NCBI RefSeq assembly: GCF_028641065.1
Contig: NC_073379.1
Coordinates: 75,640,001-75,704,000 of the forward strand
Length of the DNA stretch: 64,000 nt
From: Leucoraja erinacea
Lineage: Eukaryota
Direction: 5' to 3'
Of this stretch, positions 51,360-63,333 are shown one piece after another. The position numbers and the translations under genes are program-made. The number at the start of each line of letters is the position of its first letter. The stretch's first letter is position 1. The notes beneath the pieces were generated by a model. It had not been told where the DNA came from. It did no database searches and saw nothing but the letters and a program-made list of their open reading frames with translations.

Positions 51360-51672
51360 GGGCAGCACAGTGACCCAGTTGCCTCATCGCGTCAGAGATC
51401 CGTGTTCGATCCTGATTTCTGATACTGTCCGTGTGGGTCCTGTAACTGGGTGGGATTCCTTCAGATGCCCTGGTTTCCTCACACATCCCAAAGAATTGTG
51501 GGTTATATGTTAATTGGCCTCTGTAAATAGCCTCTGGTTTGTATGGAGTGGATGTAAAAGTGGGATAACATAGAATCAGTGTGAATAGGTGACCAATGGT
51601 TAGTGTGGACTTGGAGGGCTGAAGGGCCTGTTTCCACACTGTATCTCTAATTGAAACTAAGCTAAACTAAAT
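51360..51672 (+). mobile_element. HE1-like SINE
   Basis: gggcagcacagtg...gttcgatcc head, catcccaaag...taattggcctctgtaaat core, gaagggcctgtttcc tail and (aaacta)n. Confidence 0.8.
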
Positions 51673-51747
51673 TAAATATTCCTCTTCAACAGATACTTTA
51701 TAAACTATGTGGTAGTTTTTAACAAATTCTCATTGCAGGAAATTTAA

Positions 51748-51978
51748 TTAGCTTAAGCAAGCCACTGAGATATTAGTACCATGGCAATGGCTGTAAAACA
51801 AGCTTGTGAAACCATAGAAACAGTAAGCAAAGGCCACATCCTGGAGTTCTGAGACAGAGAAGAGTATGTCCTGTACATTGTCACGCCTTAAAACAGATTC
51901 AAAACATTCCAGGTCTTTAAAGTGTTGGCACAAAATTAACAAAGTGCCTTCACTTAAAACAACGTTTTGAATTGATCG
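51748..51978 (-). CDS. Putative terminal coding exon of an unrecognised minus-strand gene
   Basis: cattctacattttctaag|CGA acceptor (phase 0); RSIQNVVLSEGTLLILCQHFKDLECFESVLRRDNVQDILFSVSELQDVAFAYCFYGFTSLFYSHCHGTNISVACLS then stop. Globular composition in non-repeat DNA. Confidence 0.6.
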   Translation of the reverse strand, partial: RSIQNVVLSEGTLLILCQHFKDLECFESVLRRDNVQDILFSVSELQDVAFAYCFYGFTSLFYSHCHGTNISVACLS

Positions 51979-52584
51979 CTTAGAAAATGTAGAATGTTTC
52001 TTAAAAAGTAAGCTAAGGAGGTATTTCAAATAATTATTTTGTTATTCAGGAAAACTAAGCAGAACTAGCTTTGATAAATCAGACCCAAATGACATTATGC
52101 AATCTAATGGAGTTTTGACAGTATGTTGTGCTACAGTAAACAGAGAATATAAAGTTTGCCAAACGACTTTTAATAAAGTTCCAAATACCTTGGAAGTCTC
52201 ATTTCTCGCACGTCATACCTTCTAATGAAATAGAAAGAGGCCATTTGGCCCATTAATTCTATGCCAGTTCTTGGAACTCCCGAGACTCAGACGGACCAAA
52301 TTACACAGAGGTAACATTGTAGCCAATTAACCGTTGAGTGAACTTTTAACACATTTAAGGAAATAGGCTACATGGGAGAAAATCCACTTCATCAAGGGGA
52401 GAATATGCAGACTGCACATGGAAAGAACTCAAAATCAGGATCGAATTGCCACACCACTGAGCAGCCTGGAGTTATAACAAAATTAACTTCCTTGTACTAA
52501 AGTATCATGCAGGCTGGCTCATGGTGAAACATGTGCCTCATTCAAGTAAGGATTTAAATATGGTTAAATCACAGCTTTATACCT

Positions 52585-53430
52585 TTGTAAAGTAAAGTAA
52601 AGTAGCCTTTATAGTCATTCAGACCTTGTGGTCTGAACGAAATTCAGTTACCTTGCAGTCCTACATATAGTAAAAATGACAAAAACACCCAATAAACACA
52701 AATTAACATCCACCACAGTGAGTTCACTAGGCACCTCCTCACTGTGATGGAAGGCAAAAGTCTTAAGTCTTTGTCTCTTCCATCCTTATTCTCCGTCTGC
52801 GCCGAGGCGATCCAGGCTTCGGACGTTGTGACCCTGCCGGGTGATGGTAAGTAATGTCGGTCCCGCGGCTGAATCCGAGCTCCGCGAATGGGCCGGTTCA
52901 ACTCCGCGGCCCGGGGTGGTCGAAGCTGCCACCCTCCAGTCCAGTGGACGCAGCTGTTGTTGCGGGAGCTCCGGAGAACAGGTCACCAACCTGGGACCTG
53001 CAAGCTTCCGTCGATGTCGTCCACTGGGCCCGTGGCCGAGTCCACCGGGCTCGCGACCGATCCTCCGAGGTCGGGTCGCCGCAGCCGCTGCCCCAGCTCA
53101 GAGGTCGGGTCACCGCAGCCGCTGCTGCTGCCGCAGCCACTGCACCAGCTCCGTGGTCGGGTCGCCGCTGCCGCCGGAACACCACAGCTCCGGAGTCGGA
53201 CTGCTGCCGCTGGAACGCTGCCCCAGCTCCGATGTCGCCAGCTCCGCTATTAGGCCTAGACGGAGATGGGGGATACGACAAGAGAAGTCGCATCCCCCCG
53301 AACGAAGAGACCAAAAACATGTTTCTCCCCCCCCCCCCCACACACATACACAACCTAATAAACCAAAAATTAACTAAAACAGGACAAAAGAACAACAACA
53401 AAAAGAAAAAAAACAGACCAGATTAAACAC
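52585..53430 (-). mobile_element. Non-coding GC-rich LINE-derived element with a (tactt)n tail
   Basis: (gtaaa)n at the left end, a Rex1-type 3' UTR signature (gaaatttcg...atgac) and a CpG-rich body. Its overlapping ORFs are compositional. Confidence 0.5.
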
Positions 53431-54427
53431 CAGATTAAAAAAAGTATAATTCTGTTCAAATGATTCTCCAAAATGCATATAGGTTATTCATATATTTGCT
53501 AATATCTTTTCATATTGTGGAAATATGTTTTTTTTTTAATGTGACTGGTTTCTACTTAAATTGGCACTACATTGGAAGTTGATATTCCTACCATGTTGTA
53601 TCCAAACTACAGCTTTTCAGTGAAATTGTGCTTTCTTCTTTAGGACATTTATTTACTGTATTAACTAAATTGATTCAGGGCCAAAGATAAATATTGCTGT
53701 ACGTTTGTCGCTCAGTATTGGCATGTTTACATTGGCAACAAAATTCCTCTATTACCTGGGCTATCCTGGAATGTGTGCTTACATATTAAAATATTGCATC
53801 TTGGAAAAGTAACAAACCCCGCATGCTGTAAAATGTAATTTATATGCAATTTTCACCAGATAGAATTTGCATTGGATTGTGGTTAATGCACAAAAATTCA
53901 GAAAAATTAAAATCCCAATAAATAATTTTAGAATATTTTAGTTATCTTTTACTTTATTTCTTTTTCATACAGATCAATTGTCCCTCAAATGTATTATTTT
54001 GTTTGATTTGGTCCTGCAAAATAAAGAGAAGCATATAGCTGATGGGTATAGTGGGACTAGTGTAGATGGGACATTTCAGTCGGTGTGGGCAATTTGGGCC
54101 GAAGGGCCTGTTTCCACACTGTAAGACTATGAAAAAAACAATCCTTGGTGAAAATAGAAAAAGATGGCTTTGGTTGGGAGAAGGCATACATTTACTGTAA
54201 AACTTTACTAACAAGTTAAAAGGGAAAAGTGACCTGTAATTTATGTATGCAGAGAAATGTTGGAATACCATATGTTATTTATTGTTGAAATTAATTGAAG
54301 AAGATTTAATAGTGCATTTATGTTCGGAAGGCATTGAGCAAAAGAAGAGGCTGATTGAAGGATTAAAGTAGCCTGCCATATAGTCATGCATATAGTACTT
54401 GTTCTAGATTAATATATAACTATGGTT

Positions 54428-55455
54428 TAGACAATAGACAATAGGCAATAGGTGCAGGAGTAGGCTATTCGGCCCTTCGAGCCAGCACCGCTATTCAATG
54501 TGATCATGGCTGATCATATCCAACTCAGTATCCTGTTCCTGCCTTCTCCCCACATCCCTTGACTCCGCTATCTTTAAGAGCTCTGTCTAGCCTCCTCTTG
54601 AAAGCATCCAGAGATCCAGCCTCCACCATCCTCTAAGGCTGAGAATTCCACAGACTCACAACTCTCTGTGTGAAAAAGGTTTTCCTCATCTCCATTCTAA
54701 ATGGCTTACCCCTAATTCTTAAACTGTGGCCCCTGGTTCTGGATTCCCCCAACATCGGGAACATGTTTCCTGCCTCTAGCGTGTCCAAACCCTTAATAAT
54801 CTTATATGTTTCGATGAGAATCCCTCTCATCCTTCTAAATTCCAGAGTATACATTCACAGCCGCTCCATTCTATCAACATATGACAGTCCCGCCATCCCA
54901 GGAATTAACCTGGTAAACCTACGCTGCACTACCTCAATAGCAAGTTATCCTCAAAGTTGGAGACCAAAACTGTGCACAATACTCCAGGTGTGGTCTCACT
55001 AGGGCCCTGTACAACTGGAGAAGGACCTCTTTGCTCCTATACTCAACTCCCCTTGTTATGAAGGCCAACATGCCATTTGCTTTCTTCACTGCCTGCTGTA
55101 CCTGCATGCTTACTTTTATTGACTGATGAACAAGGACCCCCAGATCCTGTTGTACTTCCCCTTTCCCCAACTGGACTCCATTTAGATAATAAACTGCCTT
55201 CCTGTTTTTGCCTTCAAGGTGGGTAACCTCACATTTATTTACATTAAACTGCATCTGCCATGCATCTGCCCACTCGCCCAACCTGTCCAAGTCACCTTGC
55301 ATCCTCATAGCATCCTCTTCACAGTTCACACTGCCACCCAGCTTTGTGTCATCTGCAAATTTGCTAATGTTACTTTTAATCCCTTCATCTAAATCATTAA
55401 TGTATATTGTAAATAGCTGCGGTCCCAGCACCGAGCCTTGCAGTACCCCACTAGT
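54428..55455 (-). mobile_element. CR1 LINE RT C-terminus and 3' end
   Basis: [33 protein letters not shown]; (agacaat)n tail. Confidence 0.92.
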
Positions 55456-55459
55456 CGCT

Positions 55460-56285
55460 GTATTTATGTGTAGGAAGGAACTGCAGATGCTGGTTAAAAC
55501 TGAAGTAAGACACAAAATGCTAGAGTAACTCAGCGGGACTGGCTGCATTTCTGGAGAGAAGGAATGAGTGACATTTCTGGTCGAGACCCTTCTTCAGACT
55601 AGTCTGCAGAAGAGTTTCGACTCGAAACATCACCTATTCATGTTTCTCACCTTTTGGCCTCTCTCCACTGGCTGCCTATTCAGTATAGGATTCGTTTTAA
55701 AATTATTTTATTTACTTTTAAATCCCTAAGTGGTCTTGCCCCGTCCTACCTATCTGAGCTTCTTCACCCTTATTCGCCCTCCCGCTCTCTCAGTCAGATG
55801 ATCAGCTGCTCCTGATTGAGCCAAAGACTAAGCTGAAGCTCAGAGGGGACCGTGCCTTTGCTGTGTCGGCTCCGAGATTGTGGAATGAATTGCCTCTGCA
55901 CGTTAAACAGGCCCCTTCTATAGCTGTTTTTTAAAATCATCCTGAATATCTATTCTCCAGGAGCACTAGTGCAGACCTGTACACTGGTGTCGAATTGTTT
56001 ATTACATTGCTTGGTTTTGCTGCGTTGTTTGTACTTGTGTTTTATGTTTTTTTAATTTATTGTTTGGATTTTTGTATGTAATTTATGCGCCTCGTGTTAG
56101 TTGTATGTTCTGTTGTTCTGCCTGTTTTATGATGTCTTGCTTGTTTTCTTTTTTCTGTACAGCACTTTGGTCAGCTTTGGTTGTTTTTAAGGTGCTTAAC
56201 AAATAAAGTTATTATTATTATTATTATTATTATTCCTTCTCTCCAGAGATGCTGCCTGTCCGCTGATTTACCCCAGCATTTTGTA
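55460..56285. mobile_element. Palindromic Penelope-derived element split by an L2 insertion
   Basis: Back-to-back arrangement cttcttcagactagtctgcagaag...cgaaacatc; the right arm resumes at about 56236. Confidence 0.75.
55640..56232 (+). mobile_element. L2 LINE 3' end
   Basis: LHWLPIQYRIRFKI...LAPSYLSELL...GDRAFAVSAPRLWNELP; tgtacagcactttgg...aataaa(tta)n tail; tattc duplicated. Confidence 0.88.
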
Positions 56286-56479
56286 ACTAAGATATATATT
56301 CCTTCATTTTGATTTCATACTGGAAAGGTAAAAATACTGACTCCATGAAGATGAAGAAACTGTATAATATGACCGGGTATAATAGTGTTGGAGAGGCTAT
56401 TTGATGTAACTGGTATTCACTGTTGGACTTGTCTGAGCGTACACTAAAGCTGCATTACACTCGCATTGGTCTATTGATT

Positions 56480-56880
56480 TGATCGGAATTTGGTGACAGG
56501 AGCACTAATGCAAAACTGTACACTGCTGGACATTGCCTGGTGCATCATGGGTATTGCCTTCCCCACTATTGAAGAGATCTACAGGAAGCGCTGTCTCAGA
56601 ATGACAGTTGATATCATCAAAGGAAAACATGGCTATGCTCTCCACTCACTGCTACTACAGGGAATTAGTTAAAACCATGGATTCTGTCTACACTTCACGC
56701 TGCCTCAGGAAGGCCACCTGCATAAACAAGGATGAGTGTTATCCCGGTCACTTCCACCTCCCCTTTCCCATCAAGCAAGAGATACAGATGTTTGAAAATG
56801 CATACCTCCATATTCAGGGACAGTTCCTTCGCAGCTGTTATCAGGCAACTGAACTATCCTATCACCAACTAGAAAGCGGT
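56480..56880 (+). mobile_element. Rex1-like LINE 3' fragments
   Basis: FPTIEEIYRKRCLR and DSVYTSRCLRKATCINKD..PGH motifs. Confidence 0.65.
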
Positions 56881-56887
56881 CCTGACC

Positions 56888-56950
<63 letters not shown>

Positions 56951-56951
56951 G
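56888..56951. repeat. (TCTG)n microsatellite
   Basis: About 16 perfect units. Confidence 0.95.
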
Positions 56952-58560
56952 CTATTACTAAAACTCTTCGTCTTGTTTGTGGCTGTCTGTGTGTGTGTGC
57001 CAATTTCTATTTCCCTATTTCCTTCCAAGTGCTAGGCCATAGCCTTCCCATTTTCACACATTCCACTCACATTTTTTAGGTCAAGTCGATAAACATCTTC
57101 CCTTCAGATTCCCATCTATATTTGTGCATTTTTTAATCGTTTAAAGTTTAAAAATAAACCCGAATAACATCACAATGGACTCGCAAGGCAGGACATGACA
57201 CTCCGGGAGGGAGGGGCACACCAGCGCACTCGCATGGCAGCCGCTGCTGGCACCCGACACCTGGTGGCGAGGGTAGTGCCGTGGGCCCTGGCTGGAGCTG
57301 AGCCTGGTGCTCGAGCTGGAGTGAGCCGAGCCCGGGGTCGAAAAAAACAGCCGCCGCTGGAACCAACTCAGGGCCGGGCCGAGTACGAGAACCGTGCTGA
57401 ATTCCAGGCCCTGGCACTGCTCTATGACCTGGGTAGGTCCTGGTGCAGGGAATGGGAGTGACGGGAGGAGGATGAGGGAAATTAAGAGGGAGATGTGGTG
57501 GGGAGTGGGGTGGTAGAGGGAGATATGGGGGGGGGGGGGGGGGGGGGATGGGGAGATGTGGGGGGTGGAGGAGGAAGATGCCCCCTCCCAATCTAACCTC
57601 ACTCTCACCCTCTCTACCCCCTCCCTCGACCTCTCCATCTCTACCCTCCCCCCCCCCTGCCCCCTCCCTCTCTACCCCCTCCCTCTCTACCCCCCCCTCC
57701 CCCTCCCTCCCCCGCCGTCTCCCGCTCGCAACCACCCGAGCTGCTTCTATCCTTGGCTACAATGCTGTGTTTCCGTGTCCAGAGCATCGCAGCAGCGGTG
57801 AGTGAGTGAGTTACTGGCATTATCCCCGACCCCCTCCTTCTCAACACTCCTGCACTCCCTGCAACTTTACCCCTGGCACAGACTCTCCACACGCTGTGAA
57901 AGGAACTCTCCCCCCCAATTGGTCCATTGAACAAGTGTTGTCATTCAATTAGATGACAACTGATTCACCTTTTCCCTGTACTCCCGTTTTTCCCACCATC
58001 TCTCCACCTGCCATCACCCTTCACCCCCACCCATTCAGTAATTCAGAATAAAGGAGACTAGGAAGCCTTGGGCAAATTGAATTGTTACTGTTTTTATTTT
58101 CATTTTTTATTTTTACGGAGAGAACAATCTGCGCATGCGCGGTTTAACAAAAGCCGACTGACAGCCTACCTTGAGTAATTACTCACGGCACGTGCCTGCT
58201 CTCTACCATCCCACCCTCTCTAGGGATTGAAGAGGGAGGGTGAAGAGGAGGGAGGGAGTGCTGGGGATGAGGATAAATGAGCCTCGCCTGTGCAGTTGGG
58301 GGCTATGCGTGAGTGGTGCAATATTGCGTTGGGGGAACAGTTTGCGTTGGGGAAATGGGTGAGTGATGGAATCTTACATTGGGAGAGGGTTTGGACTTAG
58401 CCTGCAGAGTCATGCCTCCATGTTCTATGTCACAACGGCAACCCGTCAACCGCGCCTGCACATTTGGGAGCTATGGGTGAGTGGTGGAATATTGTGTTCA
58501 GGGACCAGCCCTCCCGTGTGATGCCGCACCCCCGTGTTGCGGGACGGGACCCACGTCTGG
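56950..58560 (+). mobile_element. Non-autonomous Helitron-like element
   Basis: 5' tattactaaaactct...tcttgtt resembles the 59364 start. 3' hairpin cccg-tgttg-cggg, then CTGG|T (CTRR). Shares the gggctat..gtgagtggtggaatattg subterminal repeats. Confidence 0.6.
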
Positions 58561-58955
58561 TAGATAATAAACTTTATGGACATATCAGCTGATAATGACC
58601 TGGTGGAACATTTAGCTCAGGAAAACATATGTTTACATGGTTGGCCGAGAATACTAACAAAGGAATTAAGATTATTGACATTAAATGGAATTTGTCCCAT
58701 TCATGTTTAGGTATAATTTCCCCCTGAACGCCTTGGAGTGCAGAGGAGGTGTCAAAGCAAACCATCGTTACCATTATAACGTTGGATAATCCCAGGAGTA
58801 TGAGATTTTGCAGCACTAATTGATGTAATGTTTGGACTACTTAAAAGTAATGTGACGGGTAAATCTACTCATTGCTGGAGGTCAATGTGCAGATTGTAGA
58901 GTTGAACAACAATGACTCCCAGGCAGGGAGTGAACACTGCTTCATTATCATTAAC

Positions 58956-59064
58956 CTTGAGTCCCTGGTGAAAGAGGTGGACAGCAGAGAAATATGACCA
59001 GTGCTGCACAATGTATCTGATCTGTGCTTCATCAAGCTTCACATGCATTTGCAGCCATTTAATC
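58956..59064 (-). CDS. Putative internal exon of the minus-strand gene
   Basis: ctaacag|G ATT; IKWLQMHVKLDEAQIRYIVQHWSYFSAVHLFHQGLK; AAG|gttaat donor. Phase 2 in and phase 0 out, matching both neighbouring putative exons. Confidence 0.6.
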
Positions 59065-59363
59065 CTGTTAGATATATCCCGCGTGGACACTCCATTGTTT
59101 ACAGGACAAGGCCAGCAGTAGATTTGTGGGAGAGGCTGCCCTGTCCACAGTAGTTTTGGTGGAGAGGGTGCTGTCTTTACATGTCATGGAAACTAAGGCA
59201 CAGGAGACCGAGTAAATTATACTTGGTCAGAACCTGGACTAGATATTTGAAAGATGACAAATGCACCTTTGCAGTTGAAAATATATCAGAGGACAAGAAG
59301 ACTATGTATGATCGAAATTACAATTGATTGAATATAACGATGATTATTTGCAAATATATAACA

Positions 59364-60779
59364 TCTATACATAACTAAAACTCTGATCTTGTTATCTTCC
59401 AGTTTGGCTGTCTTTCTATTTGAGCAAAAGTGGTTCACGATAGTGCTACGATTTTTTGCCAGTTCACTCACCGTTCTCCTGTGCTGCGAGTGCGCCAAGT
59501 TTCGTTCCGATCGGTTGAATGTCGTAAAAGTTAGCGAGGTTTAAAAATCGTAAAAACTGTATTCAGTATTCAGTATTTACTTTAATGTCATTTTAACTGA
59601 GTACTTACATACACAGATGAAATAAAAAAATTGTTTCTCAATCAGTTCCCATCAGTGCGGTTAATAAAAACAGAATAAATACTGTGCGTGTGCAGATCGA
59701 TCTCTTCTCCTGCCAATCGGCGCCGCGCGGGTTAGGCTCTTCCCCTGTCACTCCTCAGGATGGTCTGCCCATTCCTGCGCCATCGCGTCTTTACTGGAGC
59801 TGAGTATGGCTGGCAGAGGTTTCCAACTGGACTTTCGGAGGGACCCGAAACAGCCCAGCCCCGCCCCCCCCAAGCAGCAGCCCAAAGCAGCAGCCCAAGC
59901 CAAGCAGCAGCCCCGCCCCAAGCAGCAGCCCCGCCACAAGCAGCAGCCCCCGCCCAAGCAGCAGCCCCGCCCCAAGCTGCAGCCCCGCCCCAAGCTGCAG
60001 CCCCGCCCCAAGCTGCAGCCCCGCCCCCAGCAGCAGCCCCGCCCCAAGCAGCAGCCCCGCCCCAAGCAGCAGCCCCGCCCCCCCCAAGCAGCAGCCCCCG
60101 CCCCAAGCAGCAGCCCCGTGCCAAGCTGCAGCCCCGCCCCAAGCTGCAGCCCCGCCCCAAGCTGCAGCCCCGCCCCCAAGCAGCAGCCCCGCCCCAAGCT
60201 GCAGCCCCGCCCCAAGCAGCAGCCCCGCCCCAAGCAGCAGCCCCCGCCCCAAGCAGCAGACCAGCATCAGAGATCCAACCCAGATCCCCCCCCACACACA
60301 CCCTGCACCACACACCCTGCCCACACACACAAACCCGCCCACCCACCCCCCCCCACACACACCCCCCCCCGCCCACACACCCCCCCCCACATCCCACCTC
60401 CTCCCTCTCCCACACCCCTCCCACCCACATACACAAACACCCCCTCCTGCACACCCCCCGCCACACTCCCCCCTCTCCCACACCTCCCCTCCCCCAAAAC
60501 CACCCTCTTCCCACACCACCATCTCCCCCTCCTAAACCTCCCCGTTCCATACACACCCCTCCTCCCCTCCCACAGATGAAGAGGAGGGGAAGGGGGTGCT
60601 CGGGAATGAGGGGAAATGAGCTGTCCCTGCACAGTTAGGGGCTATGGGTAAGTGGTGGTATATTGTGCTTGGGGGAACAGGTTGTGTTGGGGGAACGGGT
60701 GAGGGGTGGAATATTGCGTTGAGGAATGGGTTGCATTGGGAGACCAGGCCTCCCATGTGACTGGGACGCAACGGTCTAG
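59364..60779 (+). mobile_element. Non-autonomous Helitron
   Basis: A|TC...CTAG|T insertion with no TSD; subterminal hairpin tccca-tgtgac-tggga (60751-60766). Confidence 0.75.
59855..60258. repeat. 18-bp GC-rich minisatellite CCCCGCCCCAAGC(A/T)GCAG
   Basis: About 20 tandem units inside the Helitron. Confidence 0.92.
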
Positions 60780-60807
60780 TTAGGTTGGTTAGTGTAATAT
60801 AATTCCA

Positions 60808-61110
60808 GAACAAGGGGTCACAGTTTAAGGATAAAGGGGATATATTTTAGGACCGAGATGAGGAAAACATTTTTCACACAGTGAGTGGTGAATCTCTGGA
60901 ATTCTCTGCCACAGAAGGTAGTTGAGGCCAGTTCATTGGCTATATTTAAGAGGGAGTTAGATGTGGCCCTTGTGGATCAGGGGGTATGGAGAGAAGGCAG
61001 GTACAGGATACTGAATTGGATGATCAGCCATGATCATATTGAATGGCGGTGCAGGCTCGAAGGGCCGAATGGCCTACTCCTGCACCTAATTTCTCTGTTT
61101 AAATGTTTCT
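60808..61110 (+). mobile_element. CR1 LINE 3' end
   Basis: RGHSLRIKG...VVNLWNSLPQKVVEASSLAIFKRELD plus 3' UTR. Confidence 0.88.
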
Positions 61111-61828
61111 TGTGCTTCAACAAGCTCTGTTCCAAGTCCAGCAATTACTTGAATGGGGAAATATCATTGCATGTAGATTGACAACACCATATATGCTCTG
61201 AATGTTTTGTGCATATAAATATCATGTGTAGGATCACAAACTGCATTATGCGCTACTTACTATAAGGCAGTGGTTATATTTAACAATTGATCTTACATTG
61301 TAATACAATTTGTATAGTCCATAAAAAAAACACTATGCTATTGAATTTCTAGGTGTTCCAATGCTGCATTGATGTGGTGAAATCACTTGTATATTGTATT
61401 AATGTCGTCATTTATTTTACTGAGGCAATGCCACCAATCATAGAATAAATTACTTAGACTATATTTTTACAAGGGTTAGTTCATATATTTAGTTTTTATT
61501 GAGTCATAGACTAATTATCATAATGGATTGCACCCTTTTCAATATTCATTCAGTTATGAAAGTACTAACACACACCTGTACAGAGAGAACATTTTGAAAA
61601 GTTTTAAGACAATCTTCCCAGATATATTACGTGACAGATACATTAATATACTGACTTGTTTGTACCCAACTGAATGAACAGTATGAACAAAACATTTCTA
61701 ATAGCAGTGTACAACTAGCCTATAATCCTGCTACAGATCGTAATCACAATTGTGCACCTGAACTGTATGACAGACAAGTTTTAAAACAAAAGGGAAGAAT
61801 GTAACCCTGCCTACATCATGTGGTTTAC

Positions 61829-62219
61829 CTGGAGAAAAAGCGCAGAAAATCACTTTCTTTATTCCTTTGCTCAGCACAATTATACAGCACTCCTGAACGA
61901 ATCATATTTATATTGTCAATAAATCCAAATTGCTTCTCAGTCATTTCTTGGTGGATATACTTCATAACAGTCAAAATATATAAGATGACCAATTATCACT
62001 GGAAATTACAATTAAAAACATAACACAAATATTTCAAATCGCTTTTCAAATTCAAATTGCTTCTCAGTGCATTTCTTGGTGGTGAATAAAATTCTTAGAC
62101 TTCCATAACAGTTGGCGATTATAGTGGAAGATGACAGTGACTTATCACTGGAAACCCAATTTCCCAATACTTTTGAAACTCTGTAGTTTGATTTACTGCC
62201 TCAATACTGGATTGTATGT
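61829..62219 (-). CDS. Putative upstream exon of the minus-strand gene, disrupted by a 127-bp degenerate duplication and possibly a 1-nt deletion
   Basis: With the duplicate removed it reads TIIANCYGSLRILFTTKKCTEKQFGFIDNINMIRSGVLYNCAEQRNKESDFLRFFS, then AG|gtaaac (phase 2). The 5' boundary is uncertain (62180, 62219 or 62223). Confidence 0.5.
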
Positions 62220-63021
62220 CTGTCTTTCAATGAAAATCATTGTGCAAGTACAAGTCAAGTATATTGTCACAAGCACGTATAGTGACATACAGATACAGTG
62301 AAAATCTTGCTTGTAGGGTCACAAGCAACACATGAAAACATAAATTATACAAGGCAGTGTAAAGGACTGTGCAAAAAGAGACACTAATGTAAGACGCAAT
62401 TAGAAAACAAGTCCATAGTAGTGCAAGAAGTTGTCCCTAGTGTTCCATTGCTGTAGGTCAGTTTGAGAAAATGATAGTTATAGAAAAGTGGGAATTCCTA
62501 AACCTGGTAGTGTGGAACTTCAGTATGATGAAACGGGCCGAGTCAACCACTCTTTGCAGCATCCTGTACACTGGAATTGCTGAACCAGGCCATGATGCAG
62601 GGCCTCTGTGGAGGTTTGTTTGTGTATTTGGAGGCATGTCAAATCTCTTCAAACTTCGAAGAAAGAAGAGGAACTGGGAACATCAGTAAAAGATGGAACT
62701 TTTGTTAATTAATATATCAGAAAGAAGGTCTGTATTTAGCAGTGGGGAGGACTCTTGCTTTTTCTAAACTATTTAAAGGACTATCAATTACTTATAGATT
62801 TGTTAGTGTTGATTTCCAGAGTGCTATCACAGTATGTTAGTCTTTCTGCAGATCATGTAGCAGTTGTGGTGATTTGCAGTGTTTTTTCAGAAGGAGCTGA
62901 TTATGTGATTAAGGGCTATCCTCTAAAAAAGCATTGCTGTCCCCAGACTTGATTGCTCTGGTGATTGTTCCATAGATTTTCAGGGCAACAGTGGGAATAA
63001 GAAGAGAGTCACACAGAGTAA

Positions 63022-63333
63022 AGGGCTTGTCCCACTGTACGAACTAATACAAGAGCTCTCCCGAGTTTAAAAAAAATCAAATTTGTGGTAAGTACGTAGA
63101 ATGTAGGTCGCGGGTACGTCGGAGCTCGGGATGTCTCTTAGCGGCTCATAATGCTAACAGCAGGTACTCGGGAAACGAGGTAACTTGTGAAGACTCGTGA
63201 AGATTTTTCAACATGTTGAAAAATGTCCACGAGAGCCCGTACCTACGAGCGGTTATTACTGTAATTTTCCAAGTTCAAATCAGGGAAAACTTGGGAGAAC
63301 TCTTAAATTAGCTCGTACAGTGGGACAGGCCCA
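63022..63333. mobile_element. PIF/Harbinger-type MITE
   Basis: TIR gggcttgtcccactgtacga / tcgtacagtgggacaggccc, flanked by TAA/TTA. Confidence 0.85.

Noticed and set aside
52786-53426. Several overlapping ORFs of 120-190 aa
   Set aside because: GC-rich repeat interior, open on both strands, low complexity.
59732-60638. Long ORFs in several frames (QAAAPP, WGGAAA and LGAGL repeats)
   Set aside because: These come from an 18-bp stop-free minisatellite; there is no coding evidence.
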